A stretch of 63,413 bases of DNA, counting the filler, from Octopus bimaculoides (taxonomy: Eukaryota): NCBI RefSeq assembly GCF_001194135.2. It is 8 parts of 7 records of this genome, joined end to end, with 100 filler letters (N's around TTAATTAATTAA, not from the genome) between each part and the next. Parts side by side here need not be neighbours in the genome. Positions count along the whole stretch, not along the records: positions 47,231 to 59,511 come from NC_068996.1; positions 59,612 to 63,413 come from NC_068984.1; 6 more parts are not named here. One strand, given 5' to 3'. Shown here piece after piece: positions 52,847 to 63,413 of the stretch (within the stretch, counting starts at the first letter, position 1; the number at the start of each line of letters is the position of its first letter). The notes beneath the pieces were generated by a model that was not told the DNA's origin, made no database searches, and was given only the letters and a program-made list of their open reading frames with translations. The translations under genes were made by a program, and so were the position numbers.

Positions 52847-53309
52847 CGCTGATGATGATGATGCTGACTGACAATCATGATGGAGATGGTGATGATGATG
52901 ATGATGATGATGATGATAATGATGATGTCAATGATGATGAAGATGATGATGATAATGGTGGTGGTGGTGATGATGATGATGGTGATGAAAATGATGATAA
53001 TGATAATGATGACAATGATGATGATGATGATGATGATGATGACGATGACGATGACAACGAAGACGATGATAATGGTGGTGGTGGTAGCAGTAGTGATAGA
53101 AATGATGATGGTGATGGAGATGATGATGACGATGACAATGATGATGAAAATGATGATGATGGTGGTGGTGATGGTGAGGATGATGATGGTGGTGGTGATG
53201 GTGATTATCATGATGCTGCATGTTTCTAATATAATAATGATAATGCTCTTAAGGACAAAATATCATGGACAAAACATTTAGAAATGTGTACTTTATTATA
53301 TGAATAGCT

Positions 53310-53760
53310 TAAATGTGTTCCTGTGCGTGGATGTGCGTGTGCATGTGTATGTGTCTGTGTGTTTGTGTGTGTGTCTGAATACAGATGAAAATTTGAATTA
53401 ATAATAAAATCACAAAAATTTCTTTTTTCATGTTAGATCCATAAAATGTGTACGTGCATGTGTGTGCATGCATGTGCATGTCCATGTGTGTGTGCATATG
53501 TGCATGCATGTGTGTGTGCATATGTCTGTATGCATGTGAGTCCATATGTGTGTGTACATGTGTATGTGCATATGCATGCATGTGTATGTCCATATGTGTG
53601 CATGTGTGTATGCATGTATGTGCATATGTACATGCATGTGTGTGCATATGTTTGTATGTGTGTGGGTCCATATATGTGTGCATATGTGCATGTGTGAGTA
53701 TGTGCATGTGTATGTATGTGTGTGGGCATACGTGCATGTGTGTGTGTGTGTGTGTAGGAA
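53310..53760. repeat. Degenerate (TG/TA/CA) compound microsatellite
   Basis: GTGTGCATATGT-like units. Confidence 0.85.
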
Positions 53761-54633
53761 TCTTCTTGAAAGTATTTTTCACTAACGTTTCCTTAATTAT
53801 TTTTGTTTCAAACTTTTAATTCAAATTTTCATTAATTTTCATGAATTTAGATGAAAATTTAAATCAAAAATGATTATTTGTATGTAGATATAAATGTGTG
53901 TGTGTGTATTTATGTACATGTGTTTGTATGTAGTATGTGTGTACATTTATGCTTCTATATGCATTTGTTAATGCGTGCATATGAATGTATGTATTGTCTG
54001 CATGTCTGTGTGTATACATATGTATGTGTATGCCCCTTTGCATGTATGTATGTATATGGATATATATATATGTACATATGTACGTATGTTTGCATGTATA
54101 TATGTATAAATGTATACACATATACATGTATTCATTCACGCATGTATGTATAGTGAATAGCTCTGCTTTCAAATATGCTCCACGGAAGGTATAACTATGT
54201 TTGTTTAAGTTTAATCATCATAATCATCATCATCGTCATCATCACCACCATGACGACGATGTCGACGACAACCACCACCACTGTCTCATCATCGTTGTCA
54301 TCATTATTATTTATCTCTGATATTGAATTATTAATTCTTCGCGTTTTACTTTTGCAGCACCTACATTCCTAACAGTCCATTAACATTCTCAGAACTTTTC
54401 AGCTTCATCATCTTTTTGTAGAAATTCCACTCGAAACATTGAACCAGAAGAAGATTAATCACTGAACTTTTATCAATGCCAAAAAACACAAAACTCAAAC
54501 TTCAAAAATCAACACTGATAAAGCACACATGAAATAAATACCAGAAGTAATCAGGACTCAACTGTTAAACCAAAGTTGTCCAAAGAATTTCAAAGTTTGT
54601 CCTAAATGTCTATCCTTGTTAACAGAGTATCAG

Positions 54634-55148
54634 TTAACCCTTGTTTCTTACCATTCTTTAACCCTTGTTTCTTACCATTCTTTAACCCTTATTTCCTACC
54701 ATTCTTTAACCCTTGTTTCTTACCATTCTTTAACCCATTTCCTACCATTCTTTAACCCTTGTTTCCTATCATTCTTTAATCCTTGTTTCCTATCATTCTT
54801 TAACCCTTGTTTTATACCATTCTTTAACCCTTGTTTCCTACCATTCTTTAACCCTTGTTACCTATCATTCTTTAACCCTTGTTTCCTACCATTCTTTAAC
54901 CCTTGTTTCCCACCATTCTTTAACCCTTGCTTCCCATCATTCTTTAATCCTTGTTTCCTATCATTCATTAACCCTTGTTTCCTACCATTCTTTAACCTTT
55001 GTTTCCCATCATTCTTTAACCCTTGTTCCTACCTTTCTTTAACCCTTGTTTCTTACCATTCTTTAACCCTTGTTTCCTACCATTCTTTAACCCTTGTTTC
55101 CTACCATTCTTTAACCGCTGTTTCCTATCATTCTTTAACCCTTGTTTC
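54634..55148. repeat. 24-bp minisatellite TTAACCCTTGTTTCCTACCATTCT, ~21 copies
   Basis: Direct tandem units with scattered substitutions and no spacers. Confidence 0.95.
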
Positions 55149-55357
55149 ATATGTCATAAGTCCCAAGTTACTCTGATGGTTATTTTTTATCTTCAATTTT
55201 TTTACTTGTCTCAGTCATTAGATTGTGGCCATGCTGGGGCACCACCTTGAAGAATTTTAGTTGAAAGAATCAAATCCAGTATAAATTTTTTTTCTTAAGC
55301 CTAATACTTATTCTATCAGTCTCTTTTACTGAACTGCAAAGTTACAGGGATGTAAGC

Positions 55358-55575
55358 AGTTTCTTACTTTCTAGTACTTTACCAGGTTCATGTTCATACC
55401 ATTTATCAGTACGTTCAAATCCTTGCTTTCTACAAAACTCCCAATGGATTACTCTCCCTAGATTGTCATGTCTTTTCTTGTATTCTTTCTTTGCCAGCAT
55501 GCTACATTCACTTACTGTATGAGTATCATTTTCCTCTTTTGATTTGCTTAATCTACATTGGAAATCTACTTGATT
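55358..55575 (-). mobile_element. R4/Dong-like LINE, inverted 5' segment (CCHC region)
   Basis: CRLSKSKEENDTHTVSECSMLAKKEYKKRHDNLGRVIHWEFC..KWYEHEPGKVLES. Confidence 0.8.
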
Positions 55576-55611
55576 TTTGTCAACCTTAGTACTAGAAAGT
55601 AAGAAATATAA

Positions 55612-55822
55612 GATGTTGTGAGACTTTAACATTCAGAGACTGACAGAGTAAAAGAAGCTAGAAGACCTGATTTAGTAGTAGTAGAGAAAGAGAATAGAAA
55701 GTGCCGGATAATTGACTTTACAGTCCCAAATGATGAAAACATTAATATGAGAAATATAGAAAAAATAGCAAAGTACCAGGAACTAACTATTGAATTACAG
55801 AGACTATAGAAAGTGTGGGTAA
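55612..55822 (+). mobile_element. R4/Dong-like LINE, sense segment (RLE PD..D motif)
   Basis: DFNIQ..DRVKEARRPDLVVVEKENRKCRIIDFTVPNDENI..KIAKYQEL. Confidence 0.8.
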
Positions 55823-55959
55823 AATGTATCCTAGTAGATACTTAGGAGGGTTCATGGCATCTAAAGTTACTTGTTGTAGCCTGATGTTAGGAATTTTTCT
55901 TTTCCAACAGCCAATTTGTTGTGCATATATGAATAATAATAATGATGATGATAATAATA

Positions 55960-56027
<68 letters not shown>

Positions 56028-56769
56028 CATCATCATTGTTTAACGTCTGCTTTCCATGCTAGCATGGGTTGGACGATTTGACTGAGGACTGGTGAACCAG
56101 ATGGCTACACCAGGCTCCAATCTGATTTGGCAGAGTTTCTACAGCTGGATGCCCTTCCTAACGCCAACCACTCAGAGAGTGTAGTGGGTGCTTTTACGTG
56201 CCACCGGCACGAGGGCCAGTCCTGCTGTACTGGCAACGCCCACGCTCAAATGGTGTTTTTTACGTGCCACCTGCACAGGAGCCAGTCCAGAGGCACTGGC
56301 AACGATCTCACTCAAATGACTTCACGTGCCAGGAGCTATAGTAGAAGACACTTGCCCAAGGTGCTACACAATGGGACTGAACCCAAAACCATGCGGTTCA
56401 TAAGCAAGCTACTTACCACACAGCCACTCCTACAAGTGTCACCTTAGTCTGCTGGCTCTGGACAGTTGACACTTTCTATCATACCTAGCAAAATAAACTG
56501 GGAGTTTTCATCTAATAATGATAATAATAATAATAATAATAATGCAGTGAATAACTGACATGACGGACGTGTATGAGTGAGATCCATGCAAAGTTGGATT
56601 AAATCTGTGATAATCAGCAAAAAGAAACAGCAAAAATATGAAAGGAAATAATAATAGTTATAATAATCATGGGACTTCTCTATAAAGACTGACCACACTA
56701 TTGAGGTATGAAGATCAGGCATGATTACAAGGAACAAAAGAAACAGTGTTAGATCACTGACTTTGCAAT

Positions 56770-57222
56770 ACTGTATGATAACAGACTTGAGAAGACCTGG
56801 CAAGCCAAGTGAGATCATAGCCATGGCCTATGCCAGTGTTGCATAACTGCCCCATTTATGAGTACCCTCCAATTGCTGGGCAATATGTTGTGCTTGAGAA
56901 GACCTGTTGAGTCAAGTGAAATCATCATCATGGCTGATACCAGTGCTGCCTCACTGGCACCTGTGCTGGTGGCATGTAAAAAGTACTATTTGAGTGTGGT
57001 TGAAGCCAGTGCTGTCTGACTGGCCCTCATGCCAGTGGCACATAAAAGCACCCACTACACTCTCGGAGTGGTTGGCGTTAGGAAGGGCATCCAGCCATAG
57101 AAACCTTCCCAGATCTGATTGGAGCCTGATGCAGCCTCCTGGCTTGCCAGTCCTCAGTCAAACCATCCAACCCATGCCAGCATGGAAAGCGGATGTTAAA
57201 CGATGATGATGATGATGATGAT
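56770..57222 (+). mobile_element. Retroposon family C, longest copy
   Basis: Extends 5' with two CTTGAGAAGACC and two GCCAGTG..CTGGC sub-repeats. Confidence 0.75.
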
Positions 57223-57227
57223 TATGG

Positions 57228-57480
57228 ATAGGGTGGATACCAAAATAATTTTGAAAATTGAGAAATATCAGAGCAGAGCTAGAGAGATAAAAAGACTGTG
57301 AAAGACTTAGACGACAATTATTCCTGTGGTTATTGGTGCACTTGGCACGAAACCAAAAATGCTACCTAAAAAAACTGAATGAAACTGGAATTGAGGCTCA
57401 CATTGTTGACCTGCAAAAAAGTGCAATCCTGTATTCTGCTAAAATCCTGAACAAACCCAACCATTCTTTTGAAACCAAGA
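57228..57480 (+). mobile_element. R4/Dong-like LINE, separate 3'-terminal fragment
   Basis: KIEKYQ..IIPVVIGALGTKPK..IVDLQKSAILYSAKIL. Overlaps the 55612 piece in element coordinates, so it is a different copy. Confidence 0.75.
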
Positions 57481-58086
57481 AAAGAAAGAAAAAGAAATAA
57501 TACTAGACTTGACCAATCACTGACCTTTACAAAATCAAGATAACTGCCATGCCCTTCGTATGGAATATTGTATCTGCAGTAATCAAGAGACACAAGAGAG
57601 CCGAAACCAGCAATTAACTTTCCGTAAATCCAAACTATAGAATAATCAATCATTTATGGCTATCTCATCCATATTGTTTAGTTTTAGTTTTATTGTTAAT
57701 TAATTGCAGTTAATTGTAGAGTGAAGATTAAACTTTATGCATTATTGGGTTAGATGGACTAATTAAACTAATTGTAGAACGAAAATTAAACTTCATGCAT
57801 TTAAATAGTTTAAACCGACTTCACTCTCTTATCTGAAAGAGTAAGGGGATCAATGTGGTTTCTGAAACTGTAAGAAATAGCAGTCAAATCTCCTTTAAAA
57901 TTATAATTTATTACCTTAGAAAACGTACATGCAGACATGGCTGTGTGATAAGAAGTTCACTTCCCAACCACAAGGTTCCAGATTCAGTCCTGCTGTGTGG
58001 CACTTTGGGCAAGTGTCTTCTACTCTAACCTTGGGCTGACAAAAACCTTGCGAGTGGATTTGGTAATCAGAAACTGAAAGACGTTA

Positions 58087-58318
58087 AGGCAGCAAGCTGG
58101 CAGAAACGTTAGCACAACGAACAAAATGCTTAGCATTATTTCGTCTGCCACTACGTTCTGAGTTCAAATTCTGCCGAGGTTGACTTTGCCTTTCATCCTT
58201 TCGGGGTCGATAAATTAAGTACCAGTTACGCACTGGGGTCGATGTAATCGACTTAATCCCTTTGTCTGTCCTTGTTTGTCCCCTCTATGTTTAGCCCCTT
58301 GTGGGCAGTAAAGAAATA
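58087..58318 (+). mobile_element. SINE family A (tail type 2) nested in a family-B SINE
   Basis: Perfect 18-bp TSD AGAAACTGAAAGACGTTA (58069-58086, 58319-58336). Confidence 0.92.
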
Positions 58319-58421
58319 AGAAACTGAAAGACGTTAGTCAGTCCATCTGTCTATCTAAATATATATATATATTCGTTGTTGTATTTGGGGATGGTCATAT
58401 TGCCAGTTTAGCCAATAAACG

Positions 58422-58454
<33 letters not shown>

Positions 58455-59206
58455 NNNNNNNNNNTAGATTTAGATTCAAAATTGAATATGGTACTTATGT
58501 TTAGGCACCAGAATATAGTATGGTATTATCCAAAAAAAAACATTCTAAAAGCAAGGTGATCAAAAAATCAAAATAAGCAACATAAAAATCCATCATGACA
58601 TAGCCAAGGCTATTCTTCCTCCCACTTGGATTTTAAATGTTGCCACAATTATAATATGACTATTCCACTGTAATTTTCTACATTTTTGTGCAGCTGAAGA
58701 TTGCTCTACATATTGCATTTAATGTAATGCTCGCATTACTTAAATAAATGGAGTAGCATGAAACGTGCGTACTGCAGTCATCTTTAAAATCCGTGTTGCT
58801 TATTTTGATTTTTATATATATATATATATATATATAACAGATTTGTGATAGTCTTGCAGCTTTAATTTTTTTATTGCTGGCACTCTGTTGGTTACAAACA
58901 ATGAGGGTTCTAGTTGATCCAATCAATGGAACAGCCTGCTCATGAAGTTAACGTGCAGAAGGCTGAACACTCCACAAACACATGTACCCTTCACATAGAG
59001 TTCTCAGGGAGATTTAGCATGACATGGAATATGACAAGGCTGGCCCTTTGAACTACAGGTACTACTCATTCTTGCCTCCTGAGTGGACTGGAGCAATGCG
59101 AAACAGAGTGACTTGCTCAAGGACACAATGTGTTGCCGGGAACTGAACTCACGACCATATGATTGTGAGTTGAATATCGTAATCAGTAAGCCATACACCT
59201 TCAAAG

Positions 59207-59251
<45 letters not shown>

Positions 59252-59467
59252 ATGTATTTATAGATTTATACCAAAATTTGGTAAAAATATTGTATCCGTT
59301 ATCAAACGTAGCAAAATACTCACATGTGAGTTTTTGCATGTATATCGATTTAAATAAGAGCTAAAAGATGATCCATTGTAAAGACTTTATTATGACCTAT
59401 GAACATTTTGATGCAATATCCAGATCGACTCATGCATATTGCATTGAAATGATCATAGGTCATAATA

Positions 59468-59511
<44 letters not shown>

Positions 59512-59651
59512 NNNNNNNNNNNNNNNNNNNNNNNNNNNNNNNNNNNNNNNNNNNNTTAATTAATTAANNNNNNNNNNNNNNNNNNNNNNNNNNNNNNNNN
59601 NNNNNNNNNNNTATATATATATATATTTTGTAATCACCTTAAATACATATA

Positions 59652-59705
<54 letters not shown>

Positions 59706-59918
59706 TTGAGAGGTTTTGGTATCCAGAAAACTCAAAAGGCAGGTAAGGCTATGTAAGTGCTACGCATGGACCGCTGTTAGACTCCCAGGTGGTTACTGCA
59801 ACATCCAGATGAGAGTTGCCTCTGGATCTTCCCTTTATACTTCCTGTATCTCTCCCTTTCCAAAATAACATCTTATATAATGGACTCTACTATTTCCTTC
59901 TATTGAAGCTCTCATATC

Positions 59919-59966
59919 GTCTCTGATGATGGGATATCTTCTACATCCCTGAAACAGCTGTAAGAC
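59919..59966 (+). ncRNA. Minimal type-I hammerhead ribozyme
   Basis: GTCT-CTGATGA-T-GGGAT(atcttctac)ATCCC-T-GAAA-CAGCTG-TA-AGAC. Intact core, stem I gtct/agac, 5-bp stem II, palindromic ACAGCTGT stem III, GUA site (cut after 59962). Confidence 0.75.
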
Positions 59967-60059
59967 TGCCTTTCTCTTTATAAATGTCCTAGAAATATCA
60001 CACTGCTTTTGCCTTGTTATATCATTTTATTTAAAGCCCCCCCCCCCCTATATATATAT

Positions 60060-62620
60060 ATATCAGTTGAATAAAGTTAAAACATGGCCTGGTTTTCACA
60101 TTTTTTTAATGGTATTTTAACATTATAAAAAATTTTTTGTAATGCTCATAAAGTTAAATTAGCATTTTCATACATAGTGTAATCATCAGGTTTCAAATGT
60201 GTTTAACTGACAGCTGAGTTCTTGACAACTTTATTTCTTGCTGTTATTTCTGTTCAGAGCAGGTTTGAACATTTTAATTAACCTTTTTGTTTTTGTCTTT
60301 TTTTCCAACTTCACTTGTGTCATGTAGCTTGTGGAAAGGAAAAATTAGGAACTTTTTCTAACCACATGTCTCTATATGTTCACTCAATGGAATTTGGCGA
60401 ACATTTGTGTTCCAGATTTGTTGTCTGTGGACTCATGTGCGTTCCAACAATGCATTCCCTGTATTGCCTATATATAATTCCTTATGATTTGGGCATTTAA
60501 TGCAGTAGATCAAATTTCTACTTTTGCAGTTCATATCTGCATTTGCGAAAATCTGTCTTTTTTCTAATGGATCTACCCACATGCATGTATTGACACATTC
60601 CACATCTGTTATCATTACACTTTGATACTGTGAATGTTTTATCTTGTTTGTTCATGTTGAATTTTGCCTTTGTTAATAGTTTCTTTAGGTTATGTGGTTG
60701 CTTTTTGCATAAGATAAGTGTTTGATAAGTTAAGATTTTTAATTTTTCTCTTTGTTTTATGATTAGCAAATTTGTTTTGATGATGTTAAAAATATTTTGG
60801 TGATGCATATTGTATGTTACTAGAAATGGTATTGTATTCCTTTGATGGGTTCGTCTTTTTTGTGTTGCTCTAAGTTTTTCTATAGGTATCTCTTTTGCTT
60901 GTTGTATGCTATTTTCTATAAGTAAGAGAGGATAATTTTGCTTCAGTAGAAATCCTTTGAGTTCTGTAAGTCGTTTGTTTCTGGTATTTGGATCATCGAC
61001 TATAGTACAAATTTTCCTCGCAAGACAATATGGCATGTTGCATGTTGTGTGTGTTGGGTGGCATGATTTGAAATTTAGGTACTGGTGTGTATCTCTGCTT
61101 TTGTTATAAACATTGTGATTGTGGTGTTGTTTTTAATTACTATTATGTCAAGAAATGGTAATTGTGTGTTGCTCATTTCTCTTGTGAATTTGAGACTAGA
61201 GTGTAGATTATTGAAGGTGCTGAATTCTTCCAGATTTTCTAGGGATTTGGCCCAAATTAGGAAACAGTCATCGAGGTATCTTTCTGATGTCTTTTAAAGG
61301 TCATGCTGTAGTTCTCTTCAATTTTTTATATATAGGTTTTGTTCCAAGTATCCCAATGCTGAGTTTGCGAAAACTGGAGCAAATCGCATCCCCATAGCTG
61401 TGCCTCGAATTTGGAAGTAGTTTTTTTCTGTTGGAAAGGAATGTATTGTTTTGAGAATGAGGCTGACCACATCTAGTATGAAGGTTACAATAAATCTATT
61501 CGGGATCACTTCTCTATGTTTCTCAACTCAATATTTTATGGCAGTAAGTCCCAAATTATGTGGAATGGTTGTATATAAGTTTGTTTCATCAAAACTAACT
61601 AACAGTGAATGGGATTCTGTTGTCTTGGGCAGGTGTGACAGGAAATTAATGTCATCTTGAATGAAACTTAATATGTGACTACAAAGTGGTTTTGGGATAA
61701 TGTCAAGGTGGTTTCTCAGTTGATGTGTAGCATGGGCTGGACCAGCTATAATGGTTCTTTGTTTAAGGTCTTTTGATTATAGTAGTTTTGTTTTCACAAC
61801 CTTGTTCCTTATAGTATTCTGTATTTCTTTTGACTTAGGTATTTTGGGTAAGCCATAGAAGTTGCTGGATTTCAACTCAAAATTGGTAATATAGTCCCTT
61901 TCATTAGAAGTGAGGGAGTTATAATGTTTTGAAACTAAATAATTGAGTTTCTTCATGATGCAGTGGTCAATATTCGAGGGTATTTCAAGGTAGAACATTG
62001 TATCTTTTAAATGATCTTCAGCTAGATCCCGTTAATATTCGGTATCCATTATAATAATGGCACCCCCTTTATCTGCTTGTTTGATGACAATTGTGTTGTC
62101 ATTTTGAAGACGTATAAGGGCAGACTTTCCTAGTTTTGAAATGCTTGGTCTGACATTGATATGCCTCAGTAGAAATCTGGAGAGGATGTCAATGAACTGA
62201 TCTAGATGTGTATTTTGTCCTTTTGGCAGGTTAAATTTTGATTCATCATTCTCATTATTTTTATCATCAAGTATTCATCATTCTCATTATTTTCATCAGT
62301 AAAAAATTTCACAAGTCATAGTTTCTGACAAAAGTTTTGGATATCTCCCTCCAATTCCTGGTGGTTGACTGTAGGTGTGAATTTTAATCCTTTCATCAAT
62401 AATCAAAGTTCGTGACGGTCTATATTTCTTTTTGACAGATTAATAATTTCAAGATCTATCCTATCAATTGTTTTACAGTTGCTTCTTCACGGACTTTTTC
62501 TGTCTCTGGTGTTTGCTGCCCTGACCCTAAAAAATAGATTCCTTTTTGTTTATTATTTCTTCTGTTATTAACATCATAAAAATTTACAAGCTTTCAAGTG
62601 AATGTGAAATAGCTCATTGT
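60060..62620 (-). mobile_element. Penelope-like element (RT + GIY-YIG), near full length, inactivated
   Basis: Motifs in order: IINLS..KGLKFTPT, IKQADKGGAIIIMD (62041-62100), NFYGLPKI, GTAMG..APVFAN, RYLDDCFLIW (~61270), NLIYCIKC..LYIGNTG (~60470-60520). Many stops and frameshifts. Confidence 0.92.
60152..60197 (-). ncRNA. Decayed hammerhead motif in the 3' end (pLTR) of the Penelope-like element
   Basis: Minus strand CTGATGA-T-TACA cta TGTA-T-GAAAATGCTA, ~40 nt after the ORF stop; stems I and III are eroded. Confidence 0.45.
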
Positions 62621-62725
62621 GGATCTCAAAGCACCCAAATAATAGCAGGTAAATATTGGGTTTGAGCCCTACAGCCAGCTGTCAACATTTTTCTATCCAA
62701 TATTTATATGCTATTTATATGCTTT

Positions 62726-62950
62726 AGGGTGGTGAGCTGGAAGAATTGTTAGCACGCTGGGCGAAATGCTTAGTGGTATTTCATCTGCCGTTACATTCTG
62801 AGTTCAAATTCCGCCAAGGTTGACTTTGCCTTTCATCCTTTTGGAGTCGATTAAATAAGTACCAGTTACATACTGGGGTCAATGTAATCAATTTAATCCC
62901 TTTGTTTGTCCCCTCTATGCTTAGCCACCTGTGGGCAATAAAGAAATAAA
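62726..62950 (+). mobile_element. SINE family A (tail type 2)
   Basis: Full length; TSD ~TATTTATATG. Confidence 0.85.
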
Positions 62951-63413
62951 TATTTATATGTTATTATTTACAGCATTATCTGTGCTTTGAGATCCATTTT
63001 TCAAAAAAATAAATACAAGTATTTGAAAAACTTAACAGAAGCAGTTATACGCATTATATAAATGTCCGTCTGAAAGGTTTGTATCATTGTATTTTTCTAA
63101 GATTTTTTAATATAGTTCATAACTTTATTTAAAGAAAATCTTTCTTCAGATATTATATATATATATCATCATCATCATCGTTTAACGTCCGCTTTCCATG
63201 CTAGCATGGGTTGGACAATTTGACTGAGGACTGGTGAAACCGGATGGCAACACCAGGCTTCAATCTAAATTTGGCAGAGTTTCTACAGCTGGATGCCCTT
63301 CCTAACGCCAACCACTCAGAGAGTGTAGTAGGTGCTTTTACGTATCACCCGCACGAAGGCTAGTCAGGCGATACTGGCAACGGCCACGCTCGAAATGGTT
63401 TCTTTTATGTGCC

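Noticed and set aside
40326-53281. Poly-His/Asp/Met/Ile and HT/CV ORFs
   Set aside because: Translations of tri- and dinucleotide microsatellites open in several frames, with no splice or domain support.
54616-55250. ORFs with FFNPCFLP repeats; possible CRISPR-like array
   Set aside because: A 24-bp tandem unit without stops; there are no unique spacers and no cas genes.
25880-59567. Seven recurrences of TTAATTAATTAA
   Set aside because: Each is centred in exactly 44 N + 44 N; it is an all-frame-stop assembly pad, not biology.

Overview
This is AT-rich, microsatellite-dense eukaryotic genomic DNA from a draft assembly with about 20 N gaps (~5.5 kb). Its repeat content fits an octopod cephalopod (Octopus-like); that assignment is an inference. 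No prokaryotic features or CRISPR arrays are present. Genes: (1) the last three exons of a CEP350 orthologue (+, <1..4429), whose large exon carries poly-proline and QESEKE tandem repeats; (2) a two-coding-exon LRR protein gene (+, 8775..11564) whose stop codon is followed by an in-frame 99-codon extension ending 35 nt before the polyA signal; (3) a candidate small spliced gene (+, ~14864..17621). The remaining ~45 kb is mostly repeats: three tRNA-headed SINE families plus an RTE-tail retroposon family, piggyBac/hAT/mariner MITEs (some nested), RTE, CR1-like and R4/Dong LINE remnants, fold-back palindromes, mini/microsatellites, and a near full-length decayed Penelope-like element (-, ~60060..62620). 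The most notable hidden signal is a set of four minimal type-I hammerhead-ribozyme-like motifs (34275, 47232, 59919, 60152) in unrelated short modules, three of them beside unresolved scaffold gaps. Repeat boundaries and family names were read by eye and are approximate.
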